This document shows positions 37,280 through 47,239 of a DNA stretch of 64,000 nucleotides, piece after piece. The DNA comes from Chloroflexota bacterium. GTDB taxonomy: Bacteria > Chloroflexota > Anaerolineae > Aggregatilineales > Phototrophicaceae. The stretch lies in assembly GCA_003695675.1 (NCBI GenBank), contig RFIA01000194.1, forward strand, positions 11,964 to 75,963, given 5' to 3'. The position numbers were made by a program, and so were the translations under genes. The first letter of the stretch is position 1, and every line of letters starts with the position of its first letter. The notes below the pieces were generated by a model. The model saw only the letters and a program-made list of their open reading frames with translations, searched no databases and was not told where the DNA came from.

Positions 37280-39010
37280 CTAACCTTTTTCAAATAATTC
37301 GGGCCATTTTTCAATTGCGCTCAACACGGCAGACGCCGCCGTCTGACCGAGACCGCACAACGACGATTCGGTCATCGTCCAACCGATGTCTTCGAGGCGG
37401 GAACGGTCGTCGGGCAATGGCGCATCGAGTCGTTCGAGAATCTCGACTTGTCGTTGTGTGCCGAGTTGACACGGGAAGCATTTGCCGCAACTTTCATGAC
37501 GGAAGAAGCGACCGAGTCGCACGAGCACATCGCGCAAATCGGTTTCCGTATTGAAGACCACAATCGCCCCGGAGCCGAATGTACTCCCGGCTTTGCGCAA
37601 ATCCTCGAATGTCAAGCGCACATCAATCTCGTCAGGTGTGAGGAATGTCCCCGCCGCGCCGCCCATCAAAACCGCTTGCAATTCGCCTGTCACACCTTCG
37701 CAATAATCATTGAGCAATTCGCGCAGCGTAATGCCCGGCGAAATCTCGTACACACCCGGACGATTGACGTGCCCACTCACCGAGACGAGCTTCGGCCCGG
37801 TACTTTTCTCCGTGCCGAATGCTTTGAACCATGCCGCACCATTTGTGATAATACCCGGCACAGCGCACAGCGTCTCGACATTGTTAATCGTCGTCGGTTT
37901 GCCGAACAGACCATGTGTTGTCGGATACGGCGGTTTGATGCGGGGGAAACCGCGTTTGCCTTCAATCGCCTCGAATAGCGCCGTCTCCTCGCCACAGATA
38001 TAGGCGCCTGCTCCACGTCGAATCTCGATATGAAATGAGAAATCACTACCCATAATGTTATCGCCGAGCAAACCAACCTCAAGCGCTTCGTCAATGGCCG
38101 CTTGCATCCGTTGCATCGCTTCAGGGTATTCACCACGAATGAAGAGATAACCGGTCTCCGCACCAATTGCGTAACCGCACAGTGCGATACCTTCGAGCAA
38201 TAAATGCGGACGTGCCTCCATCAAGACGCGATCTTTGAACGTGCCCGGTTCGCTCTCATCGGCATTACAGACGACATAATGCGGCTGCCCCGTCGCCTGT
38301 CGGGTGAAGCGCCACTTCATGCCAGTCGGGAAAGCCGCGCCACCTCGTCCAATGAGACCGGACTCTTCAACTTCGGCAATGACATTTTCAGGCGACGAGT
38401 CGTTGATGGCTTTACGTAATGCGACATAATCGCCGTAATTTTTTAATCGTTGCGCCGCGTATGTATCAACACCCGCGAGTAATACGGGCGCGTCACCACC
38501 GATTATACTCTCATATTGCGCATTGTCTGTGCCATTGAGCAATACATCAGTATCAGATACAGGCGCAATCGACTGCTCCCCTATCCCACGCCAACTGATG
38601 AGCGCAGCCGGTGCGTGTTCGCACAAGCCAAGACAGGCCGAGTGTTCAATGGTGAATTGACCATCGACAGTTGTCTCACCATGATGAATACCAAGTCGCG
38701 AACATAAGCCGTTGAGCATGTCGTCAGCGCCTGCTAGACCACACGAAGGATCCGTACAAACACGGATGATTGTCTCCCCTGTCGGTTCATCATGAAACAA
38801 GGTGTAGAAACTAATCACACCGTAAATGTCGGCTTCGGGCACACGCAAGGTATGCGAAATTTGATGCACCGCTTCAGCATCAATATGACCAAATGCTGTC
38901 TGCACATCCCACAATACGGGCAACAGCGCATCGCGTTTGCGACCAATGTAATCATTGAGAATTTCGTCTAAAGTAATCATTGTCTGCATCAAGAATATCC
39001 AAGCCTTCAT
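37280..39010 (-). CDS. Fused NuoE-NuoF-like NAD(H)-binding flavoprotein subunit of formate dehydrogenase
   Basis: 576 aa. The N-terminal NuoE-like 2Fe-2S region (CTDPSCGL, CLGLCEHAP) is fused to NuoF (GRGGAAFPTGMKW, ESCGKCFPC, SLCGLG). ATGA overlap with mobA at 39007-39010. Confidence 0.9.
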   Translation of the reverse strand: MKAWIFLMQTMITLDEILNDYIGRKRDALLPVLWDVQTAFGHIDAEAVHQISHTLRVPEADIYGVISFYTLFHDEPTGETIIRVCTDPSCGLAGADDMLNGLCSRLGIHHGETTVDGQFTIEHSACLGLCEHAPAALISWRGIGEQSIAPVSDTDVLLNGTDNAQYESIIGGDAPVLLAGVDTYAAQRLKNYGDYVALRKAINDSSPENVIAEVEESGLIGRGGAAFPTGMKWRFTRQATGQPHYVVCNADESEPGTFKDRVLMEARPHLLLEGIALCGYAIGAETGYLFIRGEYPEAMQRMQAAIDEALEVGLLGDNIMGSDFSFHIEIRRGAGAYICGEETALFEAIEGKRGFPRIKPPYPTTHGLFGKPTTINNVETLCAVPGIITNGAAWFKAFGTEKSTGPKLVSVSGHVNRPGVYEISPGITLRELLNDYCEGVTGELQAVLMGGAAGTFLTPDEIDVRLTFEDLRKAGSTFGSGAIVVFNTETDLRDVLVRLGRFFRHESCGKCFPCQLGTQRQVEILERLDAPLPDDRSRLEDIGWTMTESSLCGLGQTAASAVLSAIEKWPELFEKG

Positions 39011-39609
39011 TCAAATAAATGTCGCGCCTCTTCGAGTTCTTGCGGTGTGTTGACGTTGTAAAAAGACAAACGCTTGGCATCGAAGCGTGTGTATTCATTT
39101 TCATCGATATAACGCACACGCACAGCGTCATAAAAACCGATAACCTTGAGTTTGTTCGCATCAAGACAGTCACGAATCGGCTTTAGACAACGCTTGCTGT
39201 ATATCGCGTGCAATCCTTGCGGATAACCGTCAACACGTGGCACAATAACATCATACGGTTCATTATCCGTATCAATCAGCGTCGTCATATAACGTAACAA
39301 ATCCGGCGACACAAACGGCATATCGCAGGCAATTGTGAGTGTATATTCGGTGTCGCTGCAATAAACCGCGGTATAGATTCCGCCCAGCGAACCACGTTCC
39401 GGCAAGACATCGCTATACATCGACAGGCCGAGATGTGCGTAATCATCAAGACAATTCGTGATGAGCAACGTCTCATATTGGCCGATGTCCGCAACTCGCT
39501 CAATGATATGTTCAATCATCGGTTTGCCAAGCAACGGCACGAATGACTTGTCCGTGCCCATACGCGAACTCTTGCCACCGGCCATGATAGCCACTGAAAA
39601 TTCAGCCAC
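39007..39609 (-). CDS. mobA: Molybdenum cofactor guanylyltransferase
   Basis: 200 aa. GTG start with GAGG 9 nt upstream. IMAGGKSSRMGTDK motif. Confidence 0.85.
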   Translation of the reverse strand: MAEFSVAIMAGGKSSRMGTDKSFVPLLGKPMIEHIIERVADIGQYETLLITNCLDDYAHLGLSMYSDVLPERGSLGGIYTAVYCSDTEYTLTIACDMPFVSPDLLRYMTTLIDTDNEPYDVIVPRVDGYPQGLHAIYSKRCLKPIRDCLDANKLKVIGFYDAVRVRYIDENEYTRFDAKRLSFYNVNTPQELEEARHLFE

Positions 39610-39624
39610 GTTTAACGCCTCACA

Positions 39625-41793
39625 TTAATGCACATATTTTGTCGGTTCTTTGATTGCGCCGCGTTTATCAAGGGATTCATCTCGACCATCACGTTGCGGA
39701 GCTTCGGTTTTACGCATTTTGACCGCGGCATTCTTGTAATCCGGGATTTTGGCGCGTGGGTCAACCTTGTCGAGTGTCAATACATTAGCCGCCGCTTCGA
39801 CAAAATGGAACGGCAGGAAAACCGTCCCCACGGGCGACCGCCCTGTCACCATCGCACGACAAACGACGCTACCACGCCGCGATTCAATCTCGACCCAATC
39901 GCCGGAAACCAAACCGAGTGCATGTGCATCGTCCGGGTGCATTTCGACAATTGGTTCGGGGAAGGCTTCCTCAAGTTTTGAGCGGCGGGTCATCGTACCG
40001 CCATGCCAATGAAACAACACACGTCCCGTCGTCAGATTATACGGATACTCGTCATCCGGCAATTCGCTTTCAGTGCCATATTCCAGCGACCAGAATTTAC
40101 CTTTCCCTCGTGGAAAATCCTCTTCAAACAGATACGGCGTGCCCGGATGGTCAAGGGATGGACACGGCCAATGCACACCGCCCTCACGCTCAAGACGCTC
40201 ATAAGTGATGCCGAAAAAGTCCGGCGTCACTTCGCGCATCTCTTCCCAAATATCCTCAGGATGGTTGTAATCAAACCCAGCACTTTCTTCGACACCAAGT
40301 GCAGCTTCCATGCGTTTGGCGAGGTCACACACCACTTGCCAATCCGGTCGCGCCTCACCAACCGCCGGTAATGCCTGCCGCACCCGTTGCACACGACGGT
40401 CGCTGTTTGTGAATGTGCCGTCTTTCTCGGCAAAACTCGCGGTCGGTAAAATCACATCGGCGAGTTCACCAGTTTCATTCATGAAAATATCGAGGCATAC
40501 GATGAAGTCAAGCGCTTCAAGCGCATGTTTCGCGTGGGCCAGATTCGGTTCGCTCATCAACGGATTCTCTCCCATGATGACCATCGCCCGAATTTGCCCG
40601 GTTAACGCGCCATCAACCATTTCCGTCACCGTCAAGCCGGGGTCGGGCGAGAGCGTTGTATGCCACTTCGCTTCAAATTTCGCTTTGACGGCGGCGTTGT
40701 CCACCCGTTGATAAGCTGTATACACATTCGGCAGACCGCCACTGTCTGAACATCCTTGCACATTATTCTGACCGCGCAACGGATTGAGACCCGTGCCCGG
40801 TTTACCGACATGTCCGGTCATCAACGCGAGATTCGTCAGCGATAGCGCGTTGTCCGTACCATGCGTGCTCTGACTGATACCCATGCCCCAATAAAATGCG
40901 GCGCGTTCTGCATTCGCATACATGCGAGCTGCCGCACGAATATCGTCAGCAGGCACACCACTCACCTCTTCTGCCCATTCCGGCGTGAATGATTCGAGCG
41001 ATTCGACGTAATCTTCAAAATCTTCTGTACGTTCGCGGATGAAGTCTTGATTGTAAAGTTTCTCGGTCACGATGACGTGCGCCATCGCTTGATAGACAGC
41101 GACATCCGTACCCGGTTTTTGCCGCAACCACAACGTCGCGAAGTCGGTCAACTCAATTTGACGGGGGTCAATCACGATGAGTTTAGCGCCATTTTGCCGC
41201 ACAGCCTTCTTCAAAAACAAACTGATGACCGGATGCGTCTCTGTCGTGTTGCTGCCGGTGACGATGAATGTGTCGAGATTTTCCATCTCGGCGATGCTGT
41301 TGCTCATTGCGCTTGAGCCGATTGCAAGTTGTAAACCGGTCACACTCCCGGCATGACATAAGCGGGCACAATGGTCAACATTGTTGGTTTTCATCACTGC
41401 ACGAACCCACTTTTGAAAGACATAATTGTCTTCATTTGTCGCCTTTGCGCAAGCATACGTCGCGATGCTATCGCCACCACTTTCACGCACAATTTGTGAG
41501 AGTTTCTCAGTAACAAGCGACAACGCTTCGTCCCACGATGCTTCGCGAAAATCACCCGGCCCATCGCCATTACGAATCAGAGGAGTCTTCAAACGACGCG
41601 GGTGTGTCGTGAAGTCTAATCCAAAACGTCCTTTAACACACAAATTGCCATAATTCGGCGCAACGTCAAATGGCGCGGAGACACGATAAATCGTGCCATC
41701 CTTAATCTGCAAGTCCATCTGACAACCGACCCCACAATACGGGCAGGTTGTGCGCACTTGTCGGTCGGCGACGAGTCGCGGTGTTGCAACCAT
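39625..41793 (-). CDS. fdhA: Formate dehydrogenase catalytic subunit (Mo/W-bis-PGD), cysteine type, lacking the NuoG-like N-terminal module
   Basis: CPYCGVGCQ 4Fe-4S motif at the N-terminus. HCARLCHAGSVTG, where the residue aligned to the Sec of FdhF is TGT Cys (41356-41358). The ATG at 41793 has GGGAGAG 6 nt upstream; the ORF-track start at 41808 is a TTG. Confidence 0.9.
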   Translation of the reverse strand: MVATPRLVADRQVRTTCPYCGVGCQMDLQIKDGTIYRVSAPFDVAPNYGNLCVKGRFGLDFTTHPRRLKTPLIRNGDGPGDFREASWDEALSLVTEKLSQIVRESGGDSIATYACAKATNEDNYVFQKWVRAVMKTNNVDHCARLCHAGSVTGLQLAIGSSAMSNSIAEMENLDTFIVTGSNTTETHPVISLFLKKAVRQNGAKLIVIDPRQIELTDFATLWLRQKPGTDVAVYQAMAHVIVTEKLYNQDFIRERTEDFEDYVESLESFTPEWAEEVSGVPADDIRAAARMYANAERAAFYWGMGISQSTHGTDNALSLTNLALMTGHVGKPGTGLNPLRGQNNVQGCSDSGGLPNVYTAYQRVDNAAVKAKFEAKWHTTLSPDPGLTVTEMVDGALTGQIRAMVIMGENPLMSEPNLAHAKHALEALDFIVCLDIFMNETGELADVILPTASFAEKDGTFTNSDRRVQRVRQALPAVGEARPDWQVVCDLAKRMEAALGVEESAGFDYNHPEDIWEEMREVTPDFFGITYERLEREGGVHWPCPSLDHPGTPYLFEEDFPRGKGKFWSLEYGTESELPDDEYPYNLTTGRVLFHWHGGTMTRRSKLEEAFPEPIVEMHPDDAHALGLVSGDWVEIESRRGSVVCRAMVTGRSPVGTVFLPFHFVEAAANVLTLDKVDPRAKIPDYKNAAVKMRKTEAPQRDGRDESLDKRGAIKEPTKYVH

Positions 41794-42002
41794 AACAATC
41801 TCTCCCAATATTCCAAAGCTAATATCTTAATGTCCTGACTATAACACATTTTCGGTAAACCAATCGAACATTATCGGGCAGGTTATACAATCTTAAAAGC
41901 AAGATGTGACGATGAGATTGCCATTTCATACGAGTGGGCTTTGCACGAATACCATGAAATTGGTAAAGTAAGATGAAACATTACGTTAAAGGAATCGCTT
42001 CA

Positions 42003-42455
42003 ATGCAACTAACAGGCTCGTACAAATTTAATCATGAACAGCAAGCGGTTTGGGATGTGCTGATGAATCCCGATGCCATTGCGAAGGCATTACCCGGTGT
42101 TGACGAACTAATACCCGTAGAGGGCGAACCCGATACATGGCGTGCCGATGCCAAACTCGGCATTGCAACTGTACGTGGGAAGTATTCGGGCATCGTCAAA
42201 TTATCTGAACAAAATCCCCCCAATCAATATCGACTAACGGTTAGCGGCAGCGGCCAAAATAGTATCATTGATGGCACAACATTGATTTCACTTTCTTACG
42301 ATGCTGACAACCAGCAAACCATCTTGAATTGGGAAGCCGATGTCCAAATCTCCGGCAAATTGGCGAGTATCGGACAACGTCTTATCGGGGCCGCGGCCAA
42401 CATGATGAGCAAGCAATTTTTTCAAGGTTTAGAGAAACAACTTCCAAAATCATAA
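42003..42455 (+). CDS. coxG: CoxG/SRPBCC family protein
   Basis: The ATG at 42003 follows AAAGGA. MQLTGSYKF...AVWDVLMNPD is typical of CoxG. The ORF-track start at 41973 is possible but has a weaker RBS. Confidence 0.8.
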   Translation: MQLTGSYKFNHEQQAVWDVLMNPDAIAKALPGVDELIPVEGEPDTWRADAKLGIATVRGKYSGIVKLSEQNPPNQYRLTVSGSGQNSIIDGTTLISLSYDADNQQTILNWEADVQISGKLASIGQRLIGAAANMMSKQFFQGLEKQLPKS

Positions 42456-42538
42456 TATCCGACAGAAAGGAGCAACAAATATCTACGGGCATTTCGCCCG
42501 ACCAAAATTATTTATCAAACAAAAGGAGTCGCTGATTT

Positions 42539-43003
42539 ATGAATGTTTCGATTACAATCAATGGCACAGTTTATGAACGCGACATTGAACCACGCATGTT
42601 GCTCGTTCATTTCATCCGCGAAGAACTCGGTCTAACCGGCACAAATATCGGTTGTGACACGAGTCAATGTGGTGCATGTACAATTCACATGGATGGCCGG
42701 TCGCTGAAGTCATGTACCTGTCTCGCGGTGCAAGCAGATGGCCGCGAGATTACGACGATTGAAGGCCTAGCAGATGGCGACAATCTACACCCGATGCAGG
42801 AAGCCTTTTGGGACAATCATGGCTTACAGTGTGGGTATTGCACACCGGGCATGATTATGGCATCGACAGCATTTCTCAAAGACAACCCACATCCAACAGA
42901 AGAAGAAATTCGTCATGCGCTTGAAGGCAATTTTTGTCGCTGTACTGGTTATCAAAACATTGTGAAATCCATCAAAGCTGCTTCTGAAAAGATGGGAGGT
43001 TGA
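42539..43003 (+). CDS. coxS: (2Fe-2S)-binding small subunit of a xanthine dehydrogenase/CODH-family enzyme
   Basis: 154 aa with [12 protein letters not shown] and CGYCTPG...CRCTGY motifs. Confidence 0.9.
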   Translation: MNVSITINGTVYERDIEPRMLLVHFIREELGLTGTNIGCDTSQCGACTIHMDGRSLKSCTCLAVQADGREITTIEGLADGDNLHPMQEAFWDNHGLQCGYCTPGMIMASTAFLKDNPHPTEEEIRHALEGNFCRCTGYQNIVKSIKAASEKMGG

Positions 43004-45369
43004 TGATGGGGACTCGCATTTTTGGCTCCGGCATTCGACGGCGCGAAGACCCGCGCCTCATCACCGGTCAAGCCAAATATACCGATGATATGGTATTACC
43101 CGGCATGGTACACCTTGCAATGGTACGCAGCCCACACGCACATGCCCGTATCGTCAACATCGATACTTCGGCAGCAGAAGCGATGGATGGCGTCATCGCA
43201 GTTTACACCGGCGAACAAGTCACGCTGAATCCGTTGCCATGTGCATGGCTCATTCCCGATTCTGATTTAATCACACCAGAGCACCCAGCAGTTGCGGTTG
43301 AAAAAGTTCGCTATGTCGGCGATGCGGTCGCGCTCGTCGTCGCTGAAACACGCTATCAAGCTGAAGACGCGGCAGACGCGGTACGGGTCGAATACGAAGT
43401 TTTACCTGCGGTCGTCAACCCCGAAGCCGCAACTCGCGCTGGTGCGCCACAATTGCATGACGACGTGCCGAATAACATTGCGTTTCGTTGGGTAGCAAGC
43501 AGTGGTGATGAAGGGGTTGAGCAAGCCTTCGCCGAAGCTGATGTGGTCGTCAAAGAGCGCATCGTCCAACAACGGCTGATACCCACAGCGATGGAACCGC
43601 GCTCCGCGTTCGCCCAATGGAACGATGCGGCTGAAGAACTCACGGTGTGGTACACCACACAAAACCCGCATATTCATCGCTTTGTTCTCAGCGGCGTCAC
43701 CGGTGTCCCCGAGCATAAACTGCGTGTGATTGCGCCAGAAGTCGGTGGCGGATTCGGCAGTAAGATTCCGGTTTATGCTGACGAAGCATTGACGGCGTGG
43801 GTGGCGATGCAGCTCAATCGTCCAGTTAAGTGGACGGAAACCCGCAGCGAGAATTATCAAGTTACGATTCATGGCCGTGACCACATTGAGTACGTGGAAC
43901 TCGCAGCGAAAAATGACGGCACTGTGACCGGCATTCGTGGCACTGTGTATGCGGGTCTTGGCGGTTATCTTTCGACAGCCGGACCCGGTGTGCCGACGAT
44001 TCTACATGGCCTGATGTATAGTGGCGCTTACACGTTCCCAAATATTCGCTGCGAAACTATCGGCGTCATGACGAATACCACACCGGTCGATGCCTATCGC
44101 GGTGCTGGCCGACCAGAAGCAACATTCCTCATTGAACGTTTGATGGACAAAATGGCGAAAGCCCTCAATATGGATCCGGTCGAATTACGTCGCAAGAATT
44201 TGATCCCACCATTTGAGAATGGGCATGATGTCGCTATTGGCTTGACCTATGATAGTGGCAATTATGAAGCTGCACTGAACAAAGCGCTTGAAATCGTCGA
44301 TTACGATGCGCTGCGCCGCGAACAGGCAGAAGCGCGAACCAAAGGTCGCTATATTGGCATCGGCGTTAGCACTTATAGCGAAATCTGCGGCTTGGGGCCG
44401 AGTCAAGTCGCCGGTGCAGTTGGTTTTCAAGGTGGCTTGTGGGAAAGTGCGATTATTCGTGTCTCCCCTGCTGGTAAAGTGCAGGCGATGATTGGTGCCT
44501 CGCCACATGGTCAGGGCGAGGAAACGACCTTCGCCCAACTCATCTCTGATGAACTCGGCTTCCCAGTCGAAGACATCGAAATCGTCCATGGTGACACAAA
44601 CCAAACACCGATGGGTTGGGGGACGTATGGCAGCCGCACGACTCCGGTCGCAGGGGCGGCACTTGTCCTCGCGGCGCGGAAGCTCAAAGAAAAAGCACGG
44701 GCGATGGCTGCACATTTGCTTGAGGCGGCTGTCGAAGACATCGATTATGAAGATGGCAAATTCTTCGTCAAGGGTTCACCGGACAACGCGAAGACCATTC
44801 AAGAAATCACATTGATGGCAACCGTCGCTTGGGACTTGCCCGAAGGCATGGACCCCGGCATGGAAGAATCGCAATTTTACGATCCGCCAAATTTTGTCTA
44901 TCCGTTCGGCGCACATATCGCCGTCGTCGAAGTTGACCCGGAAACCGGCATCGTCAAACTCAAGCGTTACATCGCCGTCGATGATTGTGGCCCACAAATT
45001 AATCCGGTCATCGTTGCCGGGCAAGTCCATGGCGGCATCGTACAAGGTATCGGGCAGGCTTTGTTTGAAGGCGCGGTCTATGATGACAATGGGCAACTAC
45101 TCACCGGCACGATGATGGACTATACACTGCCGCGTGCCGACGATTTCCCGAACTTTGAACTTGACCACACTGTCACACCATCACCACACCACCCGGCAGG
45201 GATCAAAGGCGTGGGTGAAACCGGTACGATTGCGAGCACGCCAACGGTTTACAACGCCGTCATCGATGCGCTGCAACCCTTTGGTGTTGAGCAAATCGAT
45301 ATGCCGTTGACGCCGTCGCGCGTGTGGCAAGCCATTCAAGAATCCAGCAGCAATCGAGGAGGCGACTAA
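43000..45369 (+). CDS. coxL: Molybdopterin-binding large subunit, form II CoxL-like (not a bona fide CO dehydrogenase)
   Basis: 789 aa. The active-site loop AYRGAGR (44092-44112) replaces the form I AYxCSFR. The S-L-M gene order also fits form II. Confidence 0.9.
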   Translation: MMMGTRIFGSGIRRREDPRLITGQAKYTDDMVLPGMVHLAMVRSPHAHARIVNIDTSAAEAMDGVIAVYTGEQVTLNPLPCAWLIPDSDLITPEHPAVAVEKVRYVGDAVALVVAETRYQAEDAADAVRVEYEVLPAVVNPEAATRAGAPQLHDDVPNNIAFRWVASSGDEGVEQAFAEADVVVKERIVQQRLIPTAMEPRSAFAQWNDAAEELTVWYTTQNPHIHRFVLSGVTGVPEHKLRVIAPEVGGGFGSKIPVYADEALTAWVAMQLNRPVKWTETRSENYQVTIHGRDHIEYVELAAKNDGTVTGIRGTVYAGLGGYLSTAGPGVPTILHGLMYSGAYTFPNIRCETIGVMTNTTPVDAYRGAGRPEATFLIERLMDKMAKALNMDPVELRRKNLIPPFENGHDVAIGLTYDSGNYEAALNKALEIVDYDALRREQAEARTKGRYIGIGVSTYSEICGLGPSQVAGAVGFQGGLWESAIIRVSPAGKVQAMIGASPHGQGEETTFAQLISDELGFPVEDIEIVHGDTNQTPMGWGTYGSRTTPVAGAALVLAARKLKEKARAMAAHLLEAAVEDIDYEDGKFFVKGSPDNAKTIQEITLMATVAWDLPEGMDPGMEESQFYDPPNFVYPFGAHIAVVEVDPETGIVKLKRYIAVDDCGPQINPVIVAGQVHGGIVQGIGQALFEGAVYDDNGQLLTGTMMDYTLPRADDFPNFELDHTVTPSPHHPAGIKGVGETGTIASTPTVYNAVIDALQPFGVEQIDMPLTPSRVWQAIQESSSNRGGD

Positions 45370-45371
45370 TT

Positions 45372-46232
45372 ATGTCGATGCGACCCGCAAATTTTGATTA
45401 TCAGCGACCGACGTCGCTTTCTGAAGCCATCCAATTATTGGCAAACAATGACGAAGCCAAAGCCCTTGCCGGTGGTCACAGTCTGATTCCGGCGATGAAT
45501 CAACGCTTGAGTACACCGGAACAATTGGTTGACATTGGACGCCTCGACGAACTCAAAGGCATCAGCACCAACAACGGCACACTCTCTATCGGCGCGTTGT
45601 CAACCCATGCACAAATCGCCGCATCGTCCGATGTACGCACACATTGCGCAGCGCTTGCAACTGCGACTGGTCTCGTCGGCGACCCACAGGTGCGCAATTG
45701 GGGCACACTCGGCGGCAATCTCGCCCATGCAGACCCGGCTTCCGACCCACCAACTGTTGTGCTTGCAGCAGGTGGCACACTTCATCTACAAGGGCCGAAT
45801 GGTACACGCTCAGTCAGCGCAGATAATTTCTTCATCGACTTGTTCACAACCGACCTGCAACCGGGTGAACTTATCACCCGCATCGAGATTCCGAGTTTGC
45901 AGGGCAAGAAAAACGCTTATGTGAAACTTGCGCATCCAGCATCACGATATGCAATCGTCGGTGTATGCGTCGTGCTTGAGATGAACGGCAATGAATGCGT
46001 CAGCGCGCGAGTGGCTGTCGGTGGTGCAACGCCGAAAGCAACACGTTCACCGAGCGCAGAGGAGCGTCTCACAGGGTCATCGCTTCAGGTTGCGGCCGTG
46101 GATGCGGCGGCAGAAGCCCTCGTCAATGATATAGCTGGAGATGTGATGGGCGATCTGTTTGCCCCCGAAGATTATCGCCGAGCAATGGCCGGCGTCTATC
46201 TTAAGCGAGCAGTGCAAGCGGCAATGGCATAA
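45372..46232 (+). CDS. coxM: FAD-binding medium subunit (CoxM-like)
   Basis: ATG at 45372 after GAGGAGG. 286 aa with the FAD-binding pattern (AGGHSLIP, GTLGGNLAHADPASD). Confidence 0.9.
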   Translation: MSMRPANFDYQRPTSLSEAIQLLANNDEAKALAGGHSLIPAMNQRLSTPEQLVDIGRLDELKGISTNNGTLSIGALSTHAQIAASSDVRTHCAALATATGLVGDPQVRNWGTLGGNLAHADPASDPPTVVLAAGGTLHLQGPNGTRSVSADNFFIDLFTTDLQPGELITRIEIPSLQGKKNAYVKLAHPASRYAIVGVCVVLEMNGNECVSARVAVGGATPKATRSPSAEERLTGSSLQVAAVDAAAEALVNDIAGDVMGDLFAPEDYRRAMAGVYLKRAVQAAMA

Positions 46233-46279
46233 TTCAAATCGCCACGCAAACACGGTACAATAGCATGATAAATCTTAGC

Positions 46280-46304
46280 GACGGGGGTACGCTGTGCCCC
46301 CGTC
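46280..46304 (+). terminator. GC-rich hairpin between coxM and coxD (possible partial terminator or attenuator)
   Basis: GACGGGGG-N9-CCCCCGTC with an 8-bp perfect stem, followed by only a weak T-tract (TTGTGG). Confidence 0.35.
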
Positions 46305-46330
46305 TTGTGGTCAAAGGTTACAACAACTGT

Positions 46331-47236
46331 ATGTTTGAAAGCGTCGAACAAATACAAGAACTGCTCGCTGGGCAAAATTATGTCGCTGAGCGCAGTCTTG
46401 CAACAGCAATTTATCTCGCTCTGCGATTGGGCAAACCATTATTTCTCGAAGGCGAAGCTGGTGTCGGCAAAACTGAAATCGCCAAAGTGTTGTCGCAAAG
46501 TCTCGATACCCAATTGATTCGTCTACAATGTTATGAAGGCTTAGATGTCAACTCGGCATTGTACGAGTGGAATTATGCGCACCAGATGCTGCATCTGCGT
46601 TTGCTTGAAGCCAGTGGCGCTGACCGCTCAGAGATGGAGTCGAATCTCTTTGCGCCTGAATTCTTACAAGCACGACCCTTATTGCAAGCTGTCGAAGTGA
46701 GTGCGAATGGGCAGACCCCCGTCTTGCTCATTGATGAGATTGACCGTGCTGATGAAGAATTTGAAGCCTTTCTTCTGGAGCTGCTTTCGGATTTTCAGGT
46801 GACGATTCCCGAACTCGGCACACTGACGGCTAAGACTCCACCAATCGTCATTGTCACATCGAATCGCACCCGTGAAGTCCATGACGCACTCAAACGACGC
46901 TGCCTATATTATTGGATTGAGTATCCCACATTTCAAAAAGAACTCGATATTGTGCGCACCAAAGCGCCAGATGTCGAACCGATGTTGGCCCGCGAAATCA
47001 CGGCGTTCATTCAAGAGTTGCGACGCATGGAATTGTTCAAACGCCCCGGCGTGGCCGAGACGCTCGATTGGACAGCCGCACTCGTCGCGCTTGACCAACA
47101 AACCCTCTCGCCGGACATCATCGCGGACACCGTTGGCGTCATCCTCAAATATCAGGACGACATCGAAAGCATGTCGCCAGAAGCCATCGCGAATTTACTC
47201 GACCGCGCCCGTATTCAGGCAGACATCGAACGTTAA
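46331..47236 (+). CDS. coxD: MoxR-family AAA+ ATPase (CoxD-like maturation factor)
   Basis: ATG at 46331. LEGEAGVGKT Walker A and VLLIDEIDRA Walker B. Confidence 0.9.
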   Translation: MFESVEQIQELLAGQNYVAERSLATAIYLALRLGKPLFLEGEAGVGKTEIAKVLSQSLDTQLIRLQCYEGLDVNSALYEWNYAHQMLHLRLLEASGADRSEMESNLFAPEFLQARPLLQAVEVSANGQTPVLLIDEIDRADEEFEAFLLELLSDFQVTIPELGTLTAKTPPIVIVTSNRTREVHDALKRRCLYYWIEYPTFQKELDIVRTKAPDVEPMLAREITAFIQELRRMELFKRPGVAETLDWTAALVALDQQTLSPDIIADTVGVILKYQDDIESMSPEAIANLLDRARIQADIER

Positions 47237-47239
47237 ATC

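Noticed and set aside
37280-39010. Flavin-based electron-bifurcating module (HydB/HylB-like)
   Set aside because: The NuoF-like part terminates right after its last cluster motif, without the additional C-terminal 2x[4Fe-4S] ferredoxin-like domain seen in bifurcating homologues. This is retained only as a caveat in the formate dehydrogenase finding.
41356-41358. Possible selenocysteine in the formate dehydrogenase catalytic subunit
   Set aside because: The codon aligned to the Sec position of FdhF-type enzymes is TGT (Cys), and the ORF has no in-frame TGA. This is a Cys-type enzyme with no need for a SECIS element.
41794-42002. Moco riboswitch or other structured leader upstream of fdhA or coxG
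   Set aside because: I read both strands and saw no extended conserved-looking stems or the motifs I associate with the Moco RNA. I found only an AT-rich region with a TGn-TATAGT promoter-like element. A covariance-model scan (Rfam Moco_RNA_motif) would be needed to exclude it fully.
43000-45369. Genuine aerobic CO dehydrogenase (form I CoxL)
   Set aside because: The active-site loop reads AYRGAGR, not AYxCSFR, and the gene order is S-L-M rather than M-S-L. It is therefore called a form II enzyme of unknown substrate.
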